Of a stretch of 64,000 nt of DNA, positions 57,171 to 64,000 are shown one piece after another. Numbering within the stretch: the stretch's first letter is position 1; each line of letters begins with the position of its first letter. The notes below the pieces were generated by a model. That model did no database searches. It saw only the letters and a program-made list of their open reading frames with translations, and was not told where the DNA came from. This stretch comes from Thermoplasmata archaeon (GTDB lineage Archaea > Thermoplasmatota > E2 > JACPAO01 > JAHFTW01): contig JAXDQS010000010.1 of assembly GCA_034667725.1 (NCBI GenBank), forward strand, positions 256,001-320,000, read 5' to 3'. Made by a program: the position numbers and the translations under genes.

Positions 57171-60138
57171 TCCGCTGGAAGTCGAGTTTGAGGAGCATAT
57201 CGAGCACCATCTCACGACGCAGGGTGGCTACGCGAAGCTTCCCCCCGGCGGCTTCGACCCCCGCTTGGCGTTGTGGCCCGCCGAGTTCATCGCGTGGCTC
57301 AAGGAGTCGCAACCCAGGGCGTGGGCCAAGCTAGAGGAGAGTTTCCAAGGGGAAGCTTCGGCCCGTGTCATCGACGGCCTCGTGAAGGCCATCCGCGACT
57401 CCAAGAACGGCCTGCTGGATGTGCTTAGGCGCGGCTTCGAGTTCTACGGCCAACACCTCGCCCTCGCCCAATTCGCCCCGGCAAGCGGGCTGAATCCTGA
57501 GTCGCGCAGGCTGTACGGGTTGAACCGCCTCGCCGTGGCCCGCCAGGTCCATCAGAGTCCCGGCCGGCACGACCAGAGCCTCGACATGGTTTTCGTTCTG
57601 AACGGCATCCCCTTTGCGACATTGGAGCTCAAGAACGAGGCCACCGGACAAGGCCGCACCCATGCTGAGGCGCAGTACGCGCGGCGCGATGCCCGCGACC
57701 CCATCTTCGCCTTCAAGCAGCGGGGTCTTGTCCACTTCGCCGTCGACACCTCCAGCGTGAGCTACGCGACGGCCGTGCGCGGTGCGGACACCTTCTTCCT
57801 GCCCTTCAACAAGGGGTTCAACGACGGCGCCGGCAACCCGCCTGTGGCCGGCAAGCACGCCACGAGCTACCTCTGGGAGGAAGTCCTGGCACATGATAGC
57901 GTCCTGGACCTCCTCCAGCGATTCCTCCACGTGCAGCGCGAACGGAAGGAAGGCCCCGACGGAAGGGCCGTCACGAAGGAGAACCTCGTCTTCCCTCGCT
58001 ACCATCAGTTGCGCTCCGTCCGCCGCCTTGTCGCCGCCGCTGCCAGTGAAGGGGCCGGGAAGACCTATCTCGTGCAGCATTCGGCAGGCAGCGGCAAAAG
58101 CAACAGCATCGCGTGGCTCGCGCACCGCTTGGCGAGCCTGCACGATGCATCCGACCAGAAGGTGTTCGACACCGTCATCATCCTCACGGACCGAACCGTG
58201 CTGGACTCGCAATTGCAGGACACCGTCTTCCAGTTCGACCACGAGCCCGGCGTCGTCCAGAAGATCGATGAACGCAGCAGCCAGCTCGCCGACGCGCTTC
58301 GCTCGGGGCGCCAGATCATCATCTCGACGCAGCAGAAGTTCCACTATGTGGGCGAGCTCATCGGCCAACTCCCCGCACGAAAGTACGCCATCATCGTGGA
58401 CGAAGCACACAGCGGGCAGACCGGCGACACGAGCCACCAGGTCAAGCAAGTCATCGGCGACGTGCAGGAAGCGCCTCCGGAAGGGTTGGAGCCTTGGGCC
58501 GAGGCGGCCTGGTACAGCAGCAAGACCCGCGGCAAGCTCCACAACCTGAGCTTCTTCGCCTTCACTGCGACACCGAAGCACAAGACCCTGGAGACGTTTG
58601 GACGCCGTGGCCCGGATGGCAAGCCGGCGCCGTTCGACCTGTACTCCATGAAGCAGGCTATCGAGGAGCGTTTCATCCTTGACGTACTGCAGAACTACAC
58701 GACCTGGAAGTCCTACTACGGCGTCATGAAGGTCCTGGCGGAGGACCCCGAACTGAAGGAGAAGGCAGCCAAGAAGGCGGTGGTACGCTTCGCGATGCTG
58801 CACCCGACCAACATCGGCCAGAAGGTCACCATCATCATCGAGCACTTCCGCGAGCATGTCCGGAACAAGCTAGAGGGGCGTGCCCGAGCCATGGTCGTCA
58901 CCGACAGCCGCCTGGCGGCCAAGCGCTACAAGCAGGCGTTCGACAAGTACGTCGAGGAGCACCGCATCGAAGGGATCCGCAGTCTCGTCGCGTTCAGCGG
59001 GACCGTCAAGGATCCTGACGAGGAAGGTGCCGAGTACACGGAGGCCAGCATGAACGGCTTCCCGGACACCCAGACTGCAAAGAGATTCCGCGAGGGCGAT
59101 TATCGCGTTCTGCTGGTGGCCGACAAGTATCAGACGGGCTACGACGAGCCACTGCTCTGCGCGATGTACGTGGACAAGAAGTTGCGCGGCGTGAATGCGG
59201 TGCAGACCTTGAGCCGGCTCAACCGCAGGACGCCAGGCAAGCACGCCTTCGTGCTGGACTTCGCTAACACCCACCAAGAAATCCTGGGGGCCTTCCAGCC
59301 GTACTACCGCGACGCTCGTATCGAGAGCGCCACCGACCCGCAGGAACTCTACCGCCTGAAGACGAATCTCCTGGATGCGCAGGTCTTCGGCCAGGTTGAC
59401 ATCGACGATTACTGCCGTACGTTCTTCGGCTCCCGTGAAGCCCCTCACCTGGAGCACCCTGCCCTCGTGGGCGTGCTGCAGCGTTGCGTTCCTGCCTTCG
59501 AAGGCCTGCAGGAAGACGCCAAGGACGACTTCACGCGCGCATTGAAAGGCTACATCGGGCTCTACAGTTTCGTCTCCACGATTGGCCATTTCTCGGACTC
59601 GACGCTGGAGAAGCTCTACGTCTTCAGCCGCGCCCTGCGCGGCTACCTGCCAATCAAGGGCGAGCAGACCAAGTATGACCTGGGTGACAGCCTTGCCTTG
59701 GAATACCTGCGGCACGAGCCGAAGGAGGAGGGCCGGATCAAGCTTCACGAGACCTCGGCGCCGGTCGCGGCCGGGCCGGGTGAAGGGGGTATCCCGAAAG
59801 AGCAGAAGCGAGAGATGCTGAGTAAGATCATCCGCAAGGTGAATGAGGTCCTTGGCGCAGAGTGGACGGAGGAGGACAAACTCAACATCGAGCAATGGGG
59901 CATGGACCTCATGGAACGCAGTGGCACACAGGAAGCCGCCGCCAACAACTCGCGCGACCGTTTCGAGCTGTATGTCCGCGACCAGCTCAGGAACATCATC
60001 ATCGATCGGCTGGACCGGAACCAGGACCTAGGTCGTTCCATCCTCAACACCCCCGAGGTCTATGACTTGCTGGCCCGCGAGTACGCCCGCGACTTGTACG
60101 AACGCCTTCGACGGGCACCCGCGGCTGGCCCCGGATGA
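57163..60138 (+). CDS. hsdR: Type I restriction endonuclease subunit R
   Basis: D..LNGIP..TLELKN nuclease motif, QHSAGSGKS, DEAH, FTATP, QTLSRLNR. Confidence 0.96.
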   Translation: MRNPLEVEFEEHIEHHLTTQGGYAKLPPGGFDPRLALWPAEFIAWLKESQPRAWAKLEESFQGEASARVIDGLVKAIRDSKNGLLDVLRRGFEFYGQHLALAQFAPASGLNPESRRLYGLNRLAVARQVHQSPGRHDQSLDMVFVLNGIPFATLELKNEATGQGRTHAEAQYARRDARDPIFAFKQRGLVHFAVDTSSVSYATAVRGADTFFLPFNKGFNDGAGNPPVAGKHATSYLWEEVLAHDSVLDLLQRFLHVQRERKEGPDGRAVTKENLVFPRYHQLRSVRRLVAAAASEGAGKTYLVQHSAGSGKSNSIAWLAHRLASLHDASDQKVFDTVIILTDRTVLDSQLQDTVFQFDHEPGVVQKIDERSSQLADALRSGRQIIISTQQKFHYVGELIGQLPARKYAIIVDEAHSGQTGDTSHQVKQVIGDVQEAPPEGLEPWAEAAWYSSKTRGKLHNLSFFAFTATPKHKTLETFGRRGPDGKPAPFDLYSMKQAIEERFILDVLQNYTTWKSYYGVMKVLAEDPELKEKAAKKAVVRFAMLHPTNIGQKVTIIIEHFREHVRNKLEGRARAMVVTDSRLAAKRYKQAFDKYVEEHRIEGIRSLVAFSGTVKDPDEEGAEYTEASMNGFPDTQTAKRFREGDYRVLLVADKYQTGYDEPLLCAMYVDKKLRGVNAVQTLSRLNRRTPGKHAFVLDFANTHQEILGAFQPYYRDARIESATDPQELYRLKTNLLDAQVFGQVDIDDYCRTFFGSREAPHLEHPALVGVLQRCVPAFEGLQEDAKDDFTRALKGYIGLYSFVSTIGHFSDSTLEKLYVFSRALRGYLPIKGEQTKYDLGDSLALEYLRHEPKEEGRIKLHETSAPVAAGPGEGGIPKEQKREMLSKIIRKVNEVLGAEWTEEDKLNIEQWGMDLMERSGTQEAAANNSRDRFELYVRDQLRNIIIDRLDRNQDLGRSILNTPEVYDLLAREYARDLYERLRRAPAAGPG

Positions 60139-60197
60139 AAGCACATTCACTCGCCCCAGCCGGCTAGACATGACCCATTCCACCCATTCCGGGCGGC

Positions 60198-60497
60198 ATG
60201 CGGCCGCAGCGACCCGCGTTCCACCCGAAACACCCTCTGGCAAGGCAGTTGGCCGAACTAGTTCAGAAGGATGCGAAACTGCTGGCCGTCATTCTGGTCA
60301 ACCCTCCCGACCGTGCCGCGGCCTGGATCTTGCCGAGACTACCGGATATTCTGCTCAAGGGAATCGACGCTGGAGCAGCGGACTTCCTTAGGATTCTCAA
60401 CGTACCATCATGCCACAAGGCCTTGTCGGAGGAGGTTGTCGCCATGCTCCGAGCGCGGGCTGTCGACCCGCCCAACTTCGTAGAGGGCGGTGCCTAA
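60198..60497 (+). CDS. Hypothetical protein
   Basis: 99-aa helical-looking ORF; no recognisable motif. Confidence 0.4.
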   Translation: MRPQRPAFHPKHPLARQLAELVQKDAKLLAVILVNPPDRAAAWILPRLPDILLKGIDAGAADFLRILNVPSCHKALSEEVVAMLRARAVDPPNFVEGGA

Positions 60498-60605
60498 TGA
60501 TCCGTGGCTACCGCCTCCCCGCGTCCCCAATCTGCACGTCGATCCACACGACCATCGCCCATCTGGGCGACCCCGTCGTGCCCGGTTTGTGCCGGGTCTT
60601 GAAAG

Positions 60606-60827
60606 ATGTCCTGCGGGGCCTGTGCCGGTCGCGGGCGCATGGCCTGCCCCCGTTGCGCCAAGGCTCCCGGGCACAAACCAAGGTGCACAGGCTGCAACGG
60701 CTACAGCTTCGCCAACGCTCCCTGCAAAAGCTGCAACGGTACCGGCTCGACCTCGAACCGCCGATTGTTCTCTGTGTCCTCCAAGAGGAGGTCAAGGCGG
60801 CCGTTGGTGGTCTGTCGCTTCTCGTAA
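60606..60827 (+). pseudogene. DnaJ-type CxxCxGxG zinc-finger fragment
   Basis: CGACAGRG, CPRC, CTGCNG, CKSCNGTG; after ~60747 it runs antisense into the endonuclease fragment. Confidence 0.5.
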
Positions 60828-60964
60828 GCACGAGGCAGGAGGTCGGACCCTAGGCCGAGAATGGAGGGATCGTCGTGGATAAGATCCTGCACCCAGCGCT
60901 CGGTAAAGTAAGCGTGGCCGCGCAACGACAGCGCTTTGGCCTTCACGAATTGCGGGGGAGTCAT
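60701..60964 (-). pseudogene. Truncated NucS-like PD-(D/E)xK endonuclease
   Basis: ERWVQDLIHDDPSILGLG...EKRQ..NGRLDLLLED.E..RRFEVE, then homology is lost and a stop follows 15 codons later. Confidence 0.7.
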
Positions 60965-61006
60965 GGCACCCCTACAGCAATAGCCGTCTCTTCAGGCTGC
61001 CGTTGC

Positions 61007-62194
61007 CTAAAACTGGTCGAGTTTTCTTGACGCCGCCTTGGTAGGCAGGTTCTCGGCGGCCTCAGGCGCTTGGCCGATGACCTCGAAAGAGAGCGGCTCG
61101 TCGATGTACGACATGGGTCCTTTCCGCTTCACTTGGCCTACGACTTTGACCAAGGCGTCCGCGTGGTGCGCGGCGATAGCGCGCTTGTACTGAGCCTGGT
61201 TAAGAGTCACACGGACCTTTCGTGGTCCTTCCGCGAGCTGGTTGCCAATCCCAACACCGTGAACGCCTGCTTTCTTCTCCTCTTTCAGGAGGAAGACAAG
61301 ACCGACGACGGTCACAGGTTCCTCTGGATGGCGGCCTCGCAGGACGGGGCCCGCCTCTTCGATAAGTGACATGAACTCCGAAGGAACGACGACTCGTTTT
61401 GCCGCCGCCGCAGGGGCGGGACGACCGGATGCCCACGAGGCACCCAGAGATACCGACACCAAGGGAGAAGACGCCGCGATGTGCGCTAACGCCTCGCATA
61501 GATTCGCGTTTACGCCTTCCTCGATATGGTCCTTGAAAACCTCGATGTTTCCCTTCTGGCGGGCGTCTTTAGCGGCAACAACCACGGCTTCTACCGACCT
61601 GACCATGTTGGTGGTTGCGACGCGGCTGAACGGCTCCTCTGCGGTCTTCGGGGCGACTTTGGCGAACTCATCCAGGTTGGCCGCCAAGGGTGCGAAGACC
61701 TTCACCACAAAGCTGCCGCGTTCTGGTGTGGCAATCTCCAACGAATCGAGGTAGCGCTCTACCCGATCCGTGCTACGCCCAAGGAAGACGGGTTGCCTCT
61801 TTTCTACGGCGGCTGCCCCGGCAAAGAACATGTTGCGCACCCCGCGGACCATGTCGGCCGCCTCGCCTAGCTTTGCGCGTCCCTTATCGTGGACGCCGCC
61901 CTGAAGCCGGACTCGGACAACGTCGTGGTGCTTCACGAACACGTCATCGAACACTTCGGAGAGCACAGCGCCTTCAAAGTTAGCGTAAGATTTGAGCGCC
62001 ATCGCGAGGAGGGCTGGGTAGTCTCTGGCTTGCGGTCGAAGGGGGACCGCGATGTGCTCAACAACCTCCTTGCCCTCCATGCGCAGCCAGGTGGCCATGA
62101 ATCCGTCTTTCTCTGCAGCAACCCATCCCTGTGCTTTGAGGAACAGCGCAATGTCGTCCGGAGCGGCATCCTTGAGCTGGCCAATGTCCGGCAT
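61007..62194 (-). CDS. Uncharacterised protein coupled to the DUF4365 nuclease
   Basis: 395 aa; TGATG overlap and GGAGG SD; motifs FL..QGW, ERGSFVV, GVNANLCEAL, Y.RAIAAH...V.V.G. Confidence 0.8.
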   Translation of the reverse strand: MPDIGQLKDAAPDDIALFLKAQGWVAAEKDGFMATWLRMEGKEVVEHIAVPLRPQARDYPALLAMALKSYANFEGAVLSEVFDDVFVKHHDVVRVRLQGGVHDKGRAKLGEAADMVRGVRNMFFAGAAAVEKRQPVFLGRSTDRVERYLDSLEIATPERGSFVVKVFAPLAANLDEFAKVAPKTAEEPFSRVATTNMVRSVEAVVVAAKDARQKGNIEVFKDHIEEGVNANLCEALAHIAASSPLVSVSLGASWASGRPAPAAAAKRVVVPSEFMSLIEEAGPVLRGRHPEEPVTVVGLVFLLKEEKKAGVHGVGIGNQLAEGPRKVRVTLNQAQYKRAIAAHHADALVKVVGQVKRKGPMSYIDEPLSFEVIGQAPEAAENLPTKAASRKLDQF

Positions 62195-62715
62195 CAAATG
62201 CCTCCGTTGGCGGCCTTGAACGCCTCATTGGCCGCCCTCATCGCTGTGACCACGTTATCGGCACCTAGCAAATTGGTGTGCGGAATCCAGATGCGCTGGG
62301 TATCTGCGTTCTGCGTGGGGCCTTGGCCGTACAGGTGCGTCCAAAACACGCGACGATGCAGCCGTAAGCAATCGTGGTTGCAGGCCGCCCACCCCTCAGG
62401 CTCGCCGGGCAAATCCATCACAACCAACATGCGTGCGACGTTAGATGAGGCAGGATCGCGGAGCTTATTGTAGGTAGCAACGTCAAGGTCGTAGTGGACC
62501 TGACCATCGGTGGCGCCGAGATTACCCGTTGATTTGAGTTGCGCCTCCACAGTGAGGGACTTGTTCGCGTCAAACACCTTGAGGATGGTATCCGTCTTGT
62601 CATGGTCGGCACCGCTCGGTGTAGCGTGCGTCACGACACCGGCCGCCGACGCGATGGCGTCAAGGCAAGCGCGATGAAACAGCTCCATGCGACTCGTCTT
62701 CGGAAGCACTCCCAT
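62194..62715 (-). CDS. DUF4365-like PD-(D/E)xK nuclease
   Basis: ME.F..A...AIASAAG, D..D...EAQLKST, YDLDV..YNKLR, LVVM.LP...W...W..L.G. Confidence 0.8.
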   Translation of the reverse strand: MGVLPKTSRMELFHRACLDAIASAAGVVTHATPSGADHDKTDTILKVFDANKSLTVEAQLKSTGNLGATDGQVHYDLDVATYNKLRDPASSNVARMLVVMDLPGEPEGWAACNHDCLRLHRRVFWTHLYGQGPTQNADTQRIWIPHTNLLGADNVVTAMRAANEAFKAANGGI

Positions 62716-62876
62716 GGCGCAGGGTGTCCAGGAATCAAACGGCCAAGGACTTTTTCCTGTCGAATCAAACCATACGGAGGGAGGTTAGTGGGTACCGATG
62801 CCTCGCCTCTCGACCCGGCGACCAAGGCCAGGAAAGTTCATCCAACCGGGAGTCGTGTCAAATCGCGCGGATTGGA

Positions 62877-64000
62877 ATGAAGAGGGTTTACTCGAACCGA
62901 TTCCACATCCTCGGTGATTCCGCTGGTGCTCGGCAGCCGACGCTGTGGGACGACGTCATCCGAGAAGTCGAGGCTTGGGCAGTCGACGTCGCGACACGTC
63001 GCGGGGCACCCGCGGTGGACACTGCCGTCCTCCGCAAGCCCGGAGGGTATGCAGCGCCCAATGGCTTCACCGTCGAGATCAATGACATTCGCGGGACCAA
63101 GGCCAACCTGTTCTCCGTCAAGGTCACGCACCTTGATGCGGACAACCCCCTTCTGAAGTGGCAAACCATCATTGAGGTTGCCGCGGCCAGCGGCAACATC
63201 GAGGTTCTGGTGACGATGTTCACTGGATACACCAAGCCCGTCATCCGACCTTTGGCATCGCGCGGAAGCCAGCCTCGCGTGGTCCGCAGCTTGGCGGAAA
63301 AGTTCCATTGCGCCATCAATGGCCAACGCCTCATAACGACCGCCATCCCCGGTGGACCATCTGCGGACCATTTCGTGGAAAGGGTTCTCCTCGACCCCGA
63401 ACGCATCATGCCGGTCGTCGTGGTCACCAAGAACAAAGAGGGCCGCTATCCCGTTGATGCCAAATGGCTGGCAAGTATCCTGGTCGGCATCGCCCAGGTC
63501 TACGTCGCCGACGATGATGCCTTCACGTTCAGCCTCACGGACCGGATTGGCCGGCCGCTCGGCGTCTTCGACGGCGGCGTGCGCACCTATTGGCCCCAGT
63601 TCCGCACCTCGGACTCGCCGCAGTTCCACACCTTGTTCTTGGGCTACCAGCTTGATGAGATGTACCGTCGTGGCGACAAGCCGCTCTTCGCCGTAGCCGA
63701 GCGATTGTACGCCCTTATGGCCGCCAGCCTCGTGGAGAGTCGGACCGGTGCGACCGCGAGGACGCTTATCGCGCAGGAGAAGATGGCTGGCGCAGAGAAG
63801 GCCAAGACCATCCCGCAGCTGCAGGCTGAACTCGTGCAGAGAGACGAACAAATCGCGGTCCTTACGGAGACGAACAAGGGCCTGCAAGCCCAAGTTGAGC
63901 AACTGCAGGATGCCATGTGGCAGATCAACGCCTTGCGCCGGGAAGGAGGCGAGCAGGTCGATTTCTTGGATACCTGCAAGGGGGCCAAGACGGCGGACCA
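62877..64000 (+). CDS. Large conserved hypothetical protein with coiled coil, 3'-truncated by the window (not in the ORF track)
   Basis: Open frame from ATG 62877 (MKRVYSNRFHILG...) to the window end; LLDPERIMPVVVV...LVGIAQV...GVFDGGVRTYWP, then heptad repeats. Confidence 0.8.
   Translation, partial: MKRVYSNRFHILGDSAGARQPTLWDDVIREVEAWAVDVATRRGAPAVDTAVLRKPGGYAAPNGFTVEINDIRGTKANLFSVKVTHLDADNPLLKWQTIIEVAAASGNIEVLVTMFTGYTKPVIRPLASRGSQPRVVRSLAEKFHCAINGQRLITTAIPGGPSADHFVERVLLDPERIMPVVVVTKNKEGRYPVDAKWLASILVGIAQVYVADDDAFTFSLTDRIGRPLGVFDGGVRTYWPQFRTSDSPQFHTLFLGYQLDEMYRRGDKPLFAVAERLYALMAASLVESRTGATARTLIAQEKMAGAEKAKTIPQLQAELVQRDEQIAVLTETNKGLQAQVEQLQDAMWQINALRREGGEQVDFLDTCKGAKTAD

Larger units (their letters stand above)
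43826..64000. mobile_element. Genomic island integrated at tRNA-Trp (toxin and defence cargo; right end outside the window)
   Basis: Abrupt loss of housekeeping genes and visibly lower GC/GC3 right after the tRNA 3' end; Rhs, R-M and nuclease cargo. No integrase seen in the window. Confidence 0.72.

Noticed and set aside
62838-63902. 354-aa minus-strand ORF
   Set aside because: It is the antisense shadow of the plus-strand gene starting at 62877.
43826-64000. Integrase, transposase or T6SS (PAAR/VgrG) genes in the island
   Set aside because: No R-H-R-Y tyrosine recombinase, DDE or PAAR motifs were recognised in any frame within the window.

Overview
This is a 64-kb window from a very GC-rich archaeon. 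SRP54, TrmY, the cdrS-ftsZ2 pair, L41e, an archaeal SRP RNA and a BHB-intron tRNA-Trp establish the domain; an uncultured Thermoplasmatota lineage is my inference. Bases 1-43825 are core chromosome. They carry lipid-headgroup genes (asd/pssA), SRP54, tRNA-modification enzymes, thiolase, a cluster of large surface proteins (PKD/TSP3/IgGFc-binding/beta-propeller), an ABC-F, an MMPL transporter, thioredoxin, cdrS-ftsZ, UDG, SRP RNA, an ArsA/GET3 ATPase, prs, rpl41e and tRNA-Trp whose intron encodes a C/D-box guide. A visibly lower-GC island starts immediately after tRNA-Trp and runs off the window. Its most striking content is a Sec-signal SBBP-propeller/FN3/Rhs polymorphic toxin (~2670 aa). The toxin is followed by a cognate immunity gene and a trail of orphan cassettes: an EndoU-like tip remnant with a MafI-like immunity gene, another remnant, and a degenerate copy of the Rhs core motif. 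Beyond these lie a type I R-M system and a defence-like block (DUF4365 PD-(D/E)xK nuclease plus an uncharacterised partner, a truncated endonuclease, and a large hypothetical cut by the window edge). All family assignments come from motif recognition by eye; no searches were run.
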